Shown here piece by piece: positions 50,081 to 59,151 of a DNA stretch of 64,000 bases; within the stretch, counting starts at the first letter, position 1; the number at the start of each line of letters is the position of its first letter. The DNA is from Minisyncoccia bacterium (GTDB lineage Bacteria > Patescibacteriota > Minisyncoccia > UBA6257 > 2-01-FULL-56-20). The stretch lies in NCBI GenBank assembly GCA_049997875.1, contig JBEKRC010000001.1, forward strand, positions 108,609-172,608, written 5' to 3'. A program made the position numbers and the translations under genes. The notes under the pieces were generated by a model that searched no databases, was not told where the DNA came from, and saw nothing but the letters and a program-made list of their open reading frames with translations.

Positions 50081-52566
50081 TGGTAAACGATTGTGTCGGC
50101 CTTCCCTGAGCTGCCCGAAGAATCTACGGCTTGCACTTCAAGCAGGTTTTGCCCGCCAATGACTTGCGGAGTGAATGACCAGTTGAACATGTAGTTGGTT
50201 CCAAAAGAGCCAGAGAAATCGCGGGCCAGAAGCCCGTTCCAGAGTACGGAGATTTTCGTGATCGCCTCGGCGGCCGTTATTTCCGCAGAAACTGCGATTT
50301 CGTTCGCCACGAAACTTCCCGCCGACGGGGTGACGATGGAAACGCGGGGAGGATTGCTCGTGAGCGGGGAGTTCGCGGGTACGACACCGGACGGCGCGGT
50401 TGACACCGGATGATTGTAACTCCCGAAGTTGGGAAGGTTTTCTGCGGCCCACGTAAGAAGGGCGGTTTCCCAGTTGTGGAACTGGGGATCCGCGGCAGGA
50501 TTCGTGGGAGGCGGTCCGGCCGGGTCGTCCCTGTCGACGTAATACAGAATAGTGTGGAGTTGGTCGTTCGCGAGATAGTTTCCTGCGAGGATCGGCTTCG
50601 CCGCGTTTACAGGGTCAGGTTTTGCGAAAGTTTCAATAGGTTGGCTTTGGAGCGCCTGCGCCATGAACGCATGCCACATAGGGACCGCGGCGAGGATGCT
50701 TGATCCGTTCCGCTGCATGGGCGTGTTGTCGTTGTTCCCCGCCCAGACGCCGACGACGAGGGACGGCGTGTAGCCGACCGTCCACGCGTCGCGGTAGTCG
50801 TTGGAAGTGCCGGTCTTCATGGCTACGTCGTATCCCGGGAACACCGTAAGGTTCAAGCTGTTTTGGAAAAGACCGCTCCGCGCCTCTGCGTCCGAAAGAA
50901 TGTCGTTTACCAGGCGGACGGACTGTGGGTCGGCGACTCGGGTAGATTGGTCAACGTATGATTCAAGCAAGTTTCCATTAGGATCTTGCACTCGGAGAAT
51001 CATCGCTTGGTTATGTTTGATCCCATCTTGCGCAAGTGCGGAGTAGGCCTCGGTGAGGTCGGCAAGACGCACTGCGCCGCCCCCTAAAACAAGAGAGAGG
51101 CCGTAGGAATCGGGGCTTGTGAGCGTGGCGAGCCCGAAGTTATATGCGTTCTGGACCGCATTTTTTATGCCGACAAGATAAAGGGCTTCCACCGCGGGCA
51201 CGTTCACGGACTGTGCGAGCGCGTCGCGCATTGAAATCGGGCCCTGGAATGTTGTCTCAAAATCCTGCGGGTGAAAGCACCGCGGGTCATTGTTCGTGAA
51301 GTCAGGGATCGCGGGACACGCGGGGTTGGTGCTGAATTCCGTGGGGACATCAAAGAGTGTTGTCGAGGGCGTGTACCCCTTTTGGAATGCCGTGAGATAC
51401 ACAAAGGGTTTGAGCGACGAGCCGGGCTGGCGGAGCCCCTGGGTGGCGACGTTGAAGTTTGGCTCGAATTTGCAATTTACCCCCGGCGTGCAGCCCAAGG
51501 GGAGCGACGAGGTCGCAAAATAATCGCGCGACCCCACCATTGCGAGTACCTGCCCCGTTTTTGGGTCCTGCGCGACGAGCGCGGCGTTGTAGCCCTGATA
51601 GAGCGCCTGGTTTTGTGCCGCACCCTGTTCCACGGCTGTTTCTGCTTTCTGTTGCAGATTCCAGTCAAGCGTGGTTATTACCTTAAGCCCGCCCTGGCTT
51701 ACAAGATTCTCCCCATATTTTTGGACGAGATAATCCTCTACCGCCATTACAAAGTGCGGCGCCTTGATGGTGCCCGTGGACTGCGGTTCAAAAGTTATCT
51801 TGTAGGCGAGCGCCGCGGTGAACTCTGGTTTCGTGATTTTCCCCAGTTCGTACATTTTCTGGAGTACGAGTTGCTCACGCTTTATAAGATCACTCACGTG
51901 GCTTCCCCAAGGCGAGTAGTACGTTGGCGCCTGGGGGATTGCGGCGAGGAGGGCGCTCTGCGCGAGGTTGGTGTTTTGCACCGGTTCGCCGAAATACGCC
52001 TCGCTCGCCTCCTCCACGCCGGAAATTGTGGCACCGTACGGGACCTCGTTCAGGTAAAGACCGAGGATTTCGTCCTTTGAGTAATATTCATTGAGTTTTA
52101 TCGCGAGGATGAGCTCTTTTATTTTTCGCGTGACAGTTTGGTCCAAAGTGAGGAACGCGGTCCGCGCGAGCTGTTGGGTAATGGTGGAGCCGCCCTGTGC
52201 GAAGGAGCCCGAAGTGATATCCACGAGGAATGCGCGCGCGATGCCTTTCCAGTCAAACGCGGGCTCGTTGTAGAAATTTTCATCCTCTATCGCGATCGTC
52301 GCGTCTTTGAGGGTTTGCGGGATTTGGTCAAAGGGCACCACCGTCCTCCGCTCGCCGGAGTTGATCTCGTAGAGCAGCACGGTGCCGGTGCGGTCATAGA
52401 TTTTTGTGGACTGGCTGATCTGCCGGCTTGAAATCTCCTCTATGGAGGGGAGCGTTTTCGCGAAATAAATAACTATGAGGGAAAGGACAATAATCCCCGC
52501 GGATACCGCGATGCCCACAGTCACGAGCCAGCGCCGCAGCATCGTCACCCCTTTTCGTCGGTGCAT
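50077..52566 (-). CDS. class A PBP (transglycosylase/transpeptidase) with C-terminal Ig-like domain
   Basis: EDENF, GGSTITQQL, RKIKE, SSLK, SVN, KTGT. Confidence 0.95.
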   Translation of the reverse strand: MHRRKGVTMLRRWLVTVGIAVSAGIIVLSLIVIYFAKTLPSIEEISSRQISQSTKIYDRTGTVLLYEINSGERRTVVPFDQIPQTLKDATIAIEDENFYNEPAFDWKGIARAFLVDITSGSFAQGGSTITQQLARTAFLTLDQTVTRKIKELILAIKLNEYYSKDEILGLYLNEVPYGATISGVEEASEAYFGEPVQNTNLAQSALLAAIPQAPTYYSPWGSHVSDLIKREQLVLQKMYELGKITKPEFTAALAYKITFEPQSTGTIKAPHFVMAVEDYLVQKYGENLVSQGGLKVITTLDWNLQQKAETAVEQGAAQNQALYQGYNAALVAQDPKTGQVLAMVGSRDYFATSSLPLGCTPGVNCKFEPNFNVATQGLRQPGSSLKPFVYLTAFQKGYTPSTTLFDVPTEFSTNPACPAIPDFTNNDPRCFHPQDFETTFQGPISMRDALAQSVNVPAVEALYLVGIKNAVQNAYNFGLATLTSPDSYGLSLVLGGGAVRLADLTEAYSALAQDGIKHNQAMILRVQDPNGNLLESYVDQSTRVADPQSVRLVNDILSDAEARSGLFQNSLNLTVFPGYDVAMKTGTSNDYRDAWTVGYTPSLVVGVWAGNNDNTPMQRNGSSILAAVPMWHAFMAQALQSQPIETFAKPDPVNAAKPILAGNYLANDQLHTILYYVDRDDPAGPPPTNPAADPQFHNWETALLTWAAENLPNFGSYNHPVSTAPSGVVPANSPLTSNPPRVSIVTPSAGSFVANEIAVSAEITAAEAITKISVLWNGLLARDFSGSFGTNYMFNWSFTPQVIGGQNLLEVQAVDSSGSSGKADTIVYH

Positions 52567-52631
52567 GACCTCTATTATCAAACGAAAACGGCCTTCTCCG
52601 CAATGTTTTCGCGGAGAAGGCCGTTTTTCGC

Positions 52632-52805
52632 TCACTCATCAAGCCCGCCGTGGCCTTCCTCTTTGCTGGCATCTTCCGTTTCTTCCTCCGGCGCTTCTTC
52701 GATGTCTACTTCCGGCTCGTCGTTGTTGTCTACGTCTGATTCGCTGGCATCTTCGTCGCTCAACGGGCGGAACGCACAACTAAAAGTTTTTAGTTCAATT
52801 GCCAT
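52632..52805 (-). CDS. 57-aa highly acidic protein
   Basis: MAIELKTFSCAFRPLSDEDASESDVDNNDEPEVDIEEAPEEETED...; upstream TTGACA-16-TATACT; not in the ORF track. Confidence 0.7.
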   Translation of the reverse strand: MAIELKTFSCAFRPLSDEDASESDVDNNDEPEVDIEEAPEEETEDASKEEGHGGLDE

Positions 52806-52938
52806 CGCGGCTATAATTCAACGACCTTTCTTTTTTTGTTCCCATCAGTATAGGGGAGCTCTTCTTCGTGTCAATCCCAGTAATCCCCAGGCATTCTAAC
52901 AAAAAAGGCATTAAAACCTTATTAAGCCAGACGGTGCA

Positions 52939-53400
52939 CTAGCGGCCGCACGCCATAATGGCGAGCGCAAGCGCGTCGCTCGCGTCGTCAATGACCGCGA
53001 GGCCCGGTTTTTTAAGGATAAGGCGGACCATTTTAAGTACGGCCGTTTTGTCGGCGAAACCGTAGCCAGTGATCCCCAGTTTTACTTCGTTTGGTGCATA
53101 TTCCTTTATGGGGAGGCCGGCCTCCTGGGCGACAAGAAGGATCGCGCCGCGCGCCTGGGCCACCGCCATCGCGGTTTTCTGGTTCTTCGCGAAAAAAAGC
53201 TTTTCAATGCCGAGCGTGGTGGGCTGATATTTTTTGATCAGAGCATTCACTTCCTTTTTTGCCTCCGCAAGTGCCGGCGCGTCGTCATCACTTTTGATTT
53301 TCAAAATTCCCGCTGCGAGATAAATGAGTTCGCTGCCCTTGTGCTCTACAAGACCGTAGCCGATCCTCCGTGTCCCCGGGTCAATGCCAAGCGCGATCAT
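52939..53400 (-). CDS. ruvC: Holliday junction resolvase RuvC
   Basis: LGIDPG, IEKLFF, QARG, DDASDALALA. Confidence 0.96.
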   Translation of the reverse strand: MIALGIDPGTRRIGYGLVEHKGSELIYLAAGILKIKSDDDAPALAEAKKEVNALIKKYQPTTLGIEKLFFAKNQKTAMAVAQARGAILLVAQEAGLPIKEYAPNEVKLGITGYGFADKTAVLKMVRLILKKPGLAVIDDASDALALAIMACGR

Positions 53401-53411
53401 GCTGCGCACCG

Positions 53412-53966
53412 TCATGCGGCGTTCGTGAAAACATTCTGCACGTCGTCGTTGTCTTCAAGCGCTTCCACCAGCGCGAGCAATTTCTTGGCATCGTCCTCGG
53501 AAATTTCCTGTGGGAACTTTGCTTTCCATTCGCGTTCGGCGCCCTTAGTCTCGCTGCCGCCCACGGGTGGGTCAAATGCCCAACGGACACTGCCGGCCTC
53601 CGCCCACTTCCCGCCGTGTTCTTTCAATATGGTTTTGATCTCCTGTACGATGCGGTTTTTGTTGTCGCCGATCGCTTCAATTATGATCGCGATGCCGCCG
53701 GGGCCGTAGGCCTCAAAAACAAGTTCCTCAAGGTTCACGCCCGATTCGGCCGCACGCTTGATTGCGCGCTCAATATTCTCCTGCGGTACGCTTGCTTCTT
53801 TCGCTTTTGTAACCGCGGTCCGGAGCCGCGGATTGAAATCCGGGTTCGGCTCCGATTTGGCCGCCGCCGAGATCGCCGCGAGGAGCTTCCCAAAAACCCT
53901 TCCCCGTTTCTCGTCGGTGATTTCTTTTTTATGCTTTATGCCCGCCCAGTGAGAATGTCCCGACAT
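53412..53966 (-). CDS. yebC: YebC/PmpR-family protein (short form)
   Basis: MSGHSHWAGIKHKK, EAYGPGG, DDVQNVFTN. Confidence 0.95.
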   Translation of the reverse strand: MSGHSHWAGIKHKKEITDEKRGRVFGKLLAAISAAAKSEPNPDFNPRLRTAVTKAKEASVPQENIERAIKRAAESGVNLEELVFEAYGPGGIAIIIEAIGDNKNRIVQEIKTILKEHGGKWAEAGSVRWAFDPPVGGSETKGAEREWKAKFPQEISEDDAKKLLALVEALEDNDDVQNVFTNAA

Positions 53967-54003
53967 TGCATTACCATCATAGCGCTTGTTAAAATCAATG
54001 GGA

Positions 54004-55686
54004 ATGGCTGACCTCACGCAAGACAACCTTCAAACGAGACTGACGAAGCTCCGGCGCGAGGGCGAAGAACGCGCCGCGGAGCGGCTCGCGAAAAAGCTCG
54101 GCCTCCCTTACGTGGACGTCGCCAAGATGCCGGTTTCGCTTGACGCGGTGAAGATTATCCCGGAGGACAAGGCGCGAAAGGCCCGGGTGGCGAGCATTGA
54201 GTTGAGATCAAAAAAGCTAGCCGTGGCGGTAGTGGACCCCGAGTTTTCCGCGGCGAAGGTGCTTATTGCGGAATTGAAGGCGGAGCAATACGAGGTGAAA
54301 ATGTTTGTGGCGTCCCCTTCCGGTTTGGAAGTGGCATGGCAGTTGTATAAATTCGTAAAACCGGCGTCCGCGGGGATTACTGGCAAAGTGGTCATTACCG
54401 AAAAGAGGATCAAAGAGCTCACGGAGCGCCTTGCGAACCTGGATGCCATTCGCAAAGAATTTGCCGGGCTGGATTTTGAAAACGTATCGCCGGTCGCGAT
54501 AATTGAAATTATACTCGGGGGGGCGCTTACGATGCGCACGTCGGACATTCACACAGAAGCGGGGGAAAAAGCGGCGAAGATCCGTTTCCGGATAGACGGC
54601 ATCCTCCATGATGTCTTTGATGGCATACCGTTCCGCGCCTACCACGCGCTCGTATCGCGCATTAAACTTCTTTCGGAAATGAAGCTTAATGTCCGCGACG
54701 AAGCACAGGATGGAAGGTTCACGATTGTCATCGCGGGGAAGGAGGTGGAGATGCGTGTGGCGTTGATGCCCGCCGAATTCGGCGAAGCCATCGTTATGAG
54801 GATCCTCGATCCATCCGCGACGAAGGTCGGGCTTCCGGACCTCGGGCTTCGTGAAGATAACCTGACGCTCGTCACGCGCGAACTCGCCCGTCCGAACGGG
54901 CTCATCCTGAACACCGGGCCCACGGGCTCCGGGAAAACGACGACGCTCTATGCGTTCCTCCGCACGCTGAACAGCCCCGACATCAAGATCATCACGCTGG
55001 AAGACCCCATTGAGTACCGCATTGAAGGGATTGAGCAGACGCAGGTGAACGACGAATCGGGATATACCTTCGCAAGCGGTCTCCGCGCCATTGTCCGGCA
55101 GGACCCCGACGTGATCCTCGTGGGGGAGGTGCGTGACCTTGAGACGGCAGACATCGCTATGCAGGCGGCGCTTACGGGCCACATGGTGCTTTCCACGCTC
55201 CACACAAACGATGCGGTGGGCGCCGTGCCGCGGCTCATCAATCTTGGCGTGAAGGCAGTAAGCATCGGACCGGCGCTCACGCTCGCGATTGCGCAGCGCT
55301 TGGTGCGCGTGCTCTGTCCTGACTGTAAAAAACGCGCGGAGCCGGACGATGCGCTCAAGGCGAGGATTAAAAAATTCCTTGACGGATTGCCGGCCAAGGT
55401 GGATAAATCAAAATACCAGAATTATTCGGTGTACGAGGCCGCGGGCTGTACAAAGTGCAACGGCATCGGGTATAAAGGTCGGGTAGGGATCTTTGAATTT
55501 TTGGAAGGAGGGCCGGACCTTGAGACGACGATCCTTAAGGAAGCGTCGGAGGTCGCGCTTCGCGCGGTGGCCGAACGGCAGGAAATGGTCACCATGCAGC
55601 AAGATGGCATTCTGAAGGTACTTGAAGGGAAGACGACGTGGAGCGAGGTCACAAGTGTGACCGGTCAAATAGAATGGGCGGGGTAG
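54004..55686 (+). CDS. pilB: GspE/PilB-family pilus assembly ATPase
   Basis: SDIH, QDGR, GPTGSGKTTT, TLEDPIEY, RQDPD, CPDC...CTKC. Confidence 0.93.
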   Translation: MADLTQDNLQTRLTKLRREGEERAAERLAKKLGLPYVDVAKMPVSLDAVKIIPEDKARKARVASIELRSKKLAVAVVDPEFSAAKVLIAELKAEQYEVKMFVASPSGLEVAWQLYKFVKPASAGITGKVVITEKRIKELTERLANLDAIRKEFAGLDFENVSPVAIIEIILGGALTMRTSDIHTEAGEKAAKIRFRIDGILHDVFDGIPFRAYHALVSRIKLLSEMKLNVRDEAQDGRFTIVIAGKEVEMRVALMPAEFGEAIVMRILDPSATKVGLPDLGLREDNLTLVTRELARPNGLILNTGPTGSGKTTTLYAFLRTLNSPDIKIITLEDPIEYRIEGIEQTQVNDESGYTFASGLRAIVRQDPDVILVGEVRDLETADIAMQAALTGHMVLSTLHTNDAVGAVPRLINLGVKAVSIGPALTLAIAQRLVRVLCPDCKKRAEPDDALKARIKKFLDGLPAKVDKSKYQNYSVYEAAGCTKCNGIGYKGRVGIFEFLEGGPDLETTILKEASEVALRAVAERQEMVTMQQDGILKVLEGKTTWSEVTSVTGQIEWAG

Positions 55687-55852
55687 CTGACTCAAACCTG
55701 GGGGCAAATTCCTCGTGAAAGGACTTGAAACCCTTCTATCCGGAGATAAAAGGGACTAGAATTACTCAAAGGAGAGAACCAGCCGGAACCGGTTCATCCT
55801 GAAATTTTAGAAATAATTCCCGCCCCCAGATTTGAATCAGTTACAGAGCGCT
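55684..55852 (-). ncRNA. candidate structured small RNA, family unassigned
   Basis: consensus promoter upstream; ~22-bp closing stem with G-U pairs only on the minus strand; two hairpins with UCCG loops. Confidence 0.6.
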
Positions 55853-55858
55853 GGTGAT

Positions 55859-55887
55859 ATGTTAGCATATAACCATTTCTTTGTCAA
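55859..55887 (-). promoter_or_regulatory. sigma70 promoter for the candidate ncRNA
   Basis: TTGACA-17 nt-TAACAT with extended TG. Confidence 0.7.
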
Positions 55888-55910
55888 GTACCCCTACATT
55901 GCGAACTTTT

Positions 55911-56912
55911 ATGAAGAAAACAAACGGCAATTTCGGCAAGGACGACCTTACCATTGACCTCACGCTCCGTCCCAAAAGCTGGGACGAGTACGTTGGGCAG
56001 GAAAAAATTAAAAGGAACCTGCGCGTGATTCTTGAAGCCGCGAAGAAGCGCAACGAGGCCGCCGACCATCTTTTGTTCTCCGGTCCTGCGGGGCTCGGGA
56101 AGACCACGCTCGCATATCTCGTTGCCAGCGAGCTCGGCGGCACGGTGAAAACCACTTCCGGCCCGGCGCTTGAAAAGACGGGCGACCTTGCAGCGATTCT
56201 CACCAATCTTAATCCCGGCGAAGTGCTCTTTATTGACGAAGCACATCGGGTGAATCCGATGATAGAGGAGGTACTCTATCCGGCGATGGAGTCGCGGAAA
56301 TTGCACCTCGTGGTAGGGAAGGGCCCCTCCGCACGGACGCTTTCACTTGATCTGCCGCCGTTCACGCTGATTGCCGCAACGACGCGCGAAAATCTCCTTT
56401 CCCAGCCGCTCCGGTCGCGGTTCGGCGCAACCCTGCGCCTTGGGTATTACAACGTAGATGACATCAAAAAGATACTGAACCGCTCGGCGAAAATTTTAAA
56501 TATTGCCGCAACGCCGGAAGCGATTGAGATTCTCGCAAACGCCTCCCGCGGCACGCCGCGGGTGGCGAATCGGCTCCTCCGGCGCGCCCGCGACTTCGCC
56601 GAAGTGCATGGAGAGAAAACGATTGACGGCGCAGCGGCCAGGAAGACGCTTGAGATGCTTGAAATCGACGAGGTAGGGCTTGAGCCCAATGACCGCCGCC
56701 TTTTGATGACGATCATTGAAAAATTCAGTGGTGGGCCGGTGGGGATCAACACGCTCTCCGCTGCGCTTTCTGAGGAAAAGGGTGTGATTGAAGATATTTA
56801 TGAACCGTTTTTGATGACGCTCGGCTTCCTTCAGCGCTCTTCCGCGGGCCGCATCGTGCTCCCCGCCGCTTACAAACACCTGAAGATTCGGGGCAAGGAG
56901 GAGCTGCTGTAG
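55911..56912 (+). CDS. ruvB: Holliday junction helicase RuvB
   Basis: LRPKSWDEYVGQ, GPAGLGKT, FIDEAH, RGTPRVANRLL. Confidence 0.97.
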   Translation: MKKTNGNFGKDDLTIDLTLRPKSWDEYVGQEKIKRNLRVILEAAKKRNEAADHLLFSGPAGLGKTTLAYLVASELGGTVKTTSGPALEKTGDLAAILTNLNPGEVLFIDEAHRVNPMIEEVLYPAMESRKLHLVVGKGPSARTLSLDLPPFTLIAATTRENLLSQPLRSRFGATLRLGYYNVDDIKKILNRSAKILNIAATPEAIEILANASRGTPRVANRLLRRARDFAEVHGEKTIDGAAARKTLEMLEIDEVGLEPNDRRLLMTIIEKFSGGPVGINTLSAALSEEKGVIEDIYEPFLMTLGFLQRSSAGRIVLPAAYKHLKIRGKEELL

Positions 56913-57088
56913 CCACACGCAGGTCTGCTTTGCGGAACCCTCTCCGGGCTCGCAAAAATCCGGCTCGCTCATGTACGAAAAAATGCCGCCCTGGTCACTA
57001 CTCCCGGGCACCCGGCATTTTTTCTATTCGCTCGCGGATTTTTTACTCGTCCTCCGCGCGGTTCCGCAAAGCAGACCTGCGTGTGGCT
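56911..57088. mobile_element. MITE/REP-like nested palindromic element (178 nt)
   Basis: 29-bp perfect terminal inverted repeats with nested internal stems. Confidence 0.6.
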
Positions 57089-57222
57089 GCCGTCTTTTTT
57101 AGGGTCACAAATCGCGACATAATTTTCTTCCTCAAAGAGCTTTCCCCTTCTTCAGGCGGCTCAATAATGAGTCGTCCTTATTTAACTTCTTTTTAATCTC
57201 TGGGTAGTAGGATTGTTTCTAA

Positions 57223-57795
57223 ATGGTCCTCATCAACGAATGGCTGCCGAATCCGGTAGGCGCGGACGCGGCAGGAGAGTGGGTTGAACTTTGGAACGGC
57301 GGCGGCACGGCGGTGGATTTGAAGGGGTGGGTTTTGAAAACCGAGAACGGCAAAAAATTTTCGCTCACAGGGCAGCGCATCTCCGCGCACGGCTATCTGG
57401 TGCTAAAAAGAACCGTAACGAAGCTGTCCCTGCGGAACACGGATGGGGGACTTGCGCTCTATGATGCGGGCGGCGCATTGGCGGACCGGGGGAATTTTGA
57501 CGGCAGCGCGCCGGAAGGGCAAAGCTTTTCCCGCGCCGATTACGCAATGGGACCAGCGCAGCATTTCGCATTCGCGGATCCAACGCCGGCCGCGCCGAAT
57601 GCGACCGCGCGCAGCGCGGTTGTGGTCCGCGGCTATCCCGCCGCCGTCCCGCTGAACCGCGGGTTCACAAACGCCGCATTTTCCACGATAATGGTGGGAA
57701 CTGCGGTGTTGCTCGCAGGACTCATCATTTATGCCATTAAGGCGAACGAGGACCTATCAAAGCTTTTCTTCGGAAGGGACAAAAACGCTCGGTGA
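57223..57795 (+). CDS. lamin-tail-domain (LTD) protein with C-terminal TM
   Basis: VLINEWLPNP..D...EWVELWN, VDLKGWVL, PTPAAPN. Confidence 0.88.
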   Translation: MVLINEWLPNPVGADAAGEWVELWNGGGTAVDLKGWVLKTENGKKFSLTGQRISAHGYLVLKRTVTKLSLRNTDGGLALYDAGGALADRGNFDGSAPEGQSFSRADYAMGPAQHFAFADPTPAAPNATARSAVVVRGYPAAVPLNRGFTNAAFSTIMVGTAVLLAGLIIYAIKANEDLSKLFFGRDKNAR

Positions 57796-58216
57796 AGAAC
57801 TTGCGAAGAAGATATTAAAAAAAGCAGGGCGCAGGAAGAGTGCCGCAATCTTTGCGCTCAAAGGAGACCTCGGCGCCGGGAAGACAACTTTCGTGCAGGG
57901 ATTTTTTAAAGGGCTCGGCATGAAGAAGCGCGCATCAAGCCCGACCTTTGTTATTATGCGGCGCTATGCGTTGCCGCGCGTGTGTGCGCATAAAGGACTT
58001 GCAAATGTATTTCATGCGGATGCCTACCGGTTGAAAGGCGCAAAGCATTTTGCGGCGATCGGCTTTAAAGAAATTCTCGCGGACCCGCGCAACGTCGCGC
58101 TCATTGAATGGGCGGAACGCATAAAAAATATTTTGCCGAAAGACGCTGTTTGGCTCGCGTTCCGGCACGGGAAGCACGAAAACGAAAGGCATATTATGAT
58201 AAATGGTAACGCATGA
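57731..58216 (+). CDS. tsaE: t6A biosynthesis ATPase TsaE
   Basis: GDLGAGKTTF, SPTF, HADAYRL, IEWAE; start uncertain (overlaps the upstream gene). Confidence 0.93.
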   Translation: MPLRRTRTYQSFSSEGTKTLGEELAKKILKKAGRRKSAAIFALKGDLGAGKTTFVQGFFKGLGMKKRASSPTFVIMRRYALPRVCAHKGLANVFHADAYRLKGAKHFAAIGFKEILADPRNVALIEWAERIKNILPKDAVWLAFRHGKHENERHIMINGNA

Positions 58217-59151
58217 AAAAGCTTCTTCTTGTTGACGCGAATTCCCTTATCCACCGCTCGTTCCACGCGCTGCCGCCGTTCACGGGGCCCAAGGGCGAAC
58301 CGACCGGCGCGATCTACGGCGTCGCGAGCATCTTATTGAAGTTGTGGCGCGAGGAGAGGCCGGATTACGCAGCGGCGCTGTTTGATCGGCCGGAGCCGAC
58401 CTTTCGCGACAAAATGTATGCGGAATACAAAGCGCAACGTCCGCCCGCGCCCGATGCCCTTATCTCCCAAATTATTGAAGCGCACAAACTTTTCAGCGCG
58501 TTCGGAATACCGACGTTTGAGGTGCCGGGGTTTGAGGCGGACGATCTTATCGCCACCTTTGCCGAACATTTTAAGAAAGAGAACGACGTGCAAATTGTGA
58601 TCCTGACCGGCGATCGCGACACACTCCAACTTGTGGAGGAGGAAAAGATCGTAGTGAGGACGTTCAATAAAGGCATAAGCGACACGACGGTCTACGACGA
58701 AAAAGCGGTGCGTGAGAAGTATGGCCTCGCGCCCACACAGCTTATTGATTACAAGGCGCTTGTGGGTGATCCATCGGACAACGTGAAGGGCGTGCCGGGC
58801 GTGGGGCCGAAGACGGCCACGGAACTCCTTCAAAAGTTTGGGAGCGTGAAGGATGTATATGCACGCCTCGCGAGTGATTCAACATTGGGGAGCAAGTTAA
58901 ACACGCACAAAAAAGATATGGAGCTTTCGGAAAAGCTCGTCACGCTTGAACGTCATGTGCCGATGCAAGCGCCCGCGCTTGAATCGCTCGCCACAAAAAA
59001 AGAGCCGCCCGATGCGAGAACGTACTTTGCGGCAATGAAATTTGCGACGCTTCTCGCGCGGCTCGGCGGTACGGAGACGCCGACCGCTCTCACGGCGGCA
59101 AGAACTGCGAAACGGACGAGGGGCAATCAAGGGACGATTTTTGATATATAG
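58213..59151 (+). CDS. stand-alone 5'-3' exonuclease (PolA N-terminal domain only)
   Basis: LLVDANSLIHRSFHA, EADD, TGDRD, GDPSDNVKGVPGVGPKTA; no polymerase domain. Confidence 0.92.
   Translation: MKKLLLVDANSLIHRSFHALPPFTGPKGEPTGAIYGVASILLKLWREERPDYAAALFDRPEPTFRDKMYAEYKAQRPPAPDALISQIIEAHKLFSAFGIPTFEVPGFEADDLIATFAEHFKKENDVQIVILTGDRDTLQLVEEEKIVVRTFNKGISDTTVYDEKAVREKYGLAPTQLIDYKALVGDPSDNVKGVPGVGPKTATELLQKFGSVKDVYARLASDSTLGSKLNTHKKDMELSEKLVTLERHVPMQAPALESLATKKEPPDARTYFAAMKFATLLARLGGTETPTALTAARTAKRTRGNQGTIFDI

Noticed and set aside
55684-55852. tmRNA, SRP or RNase P RNA; also an 11-codon ORF MNRFRLVLSFE
   Set aside because: No tRNA-like T arm, no SRP GGAA-loop domain, too short for RNase P; the ORF has no support
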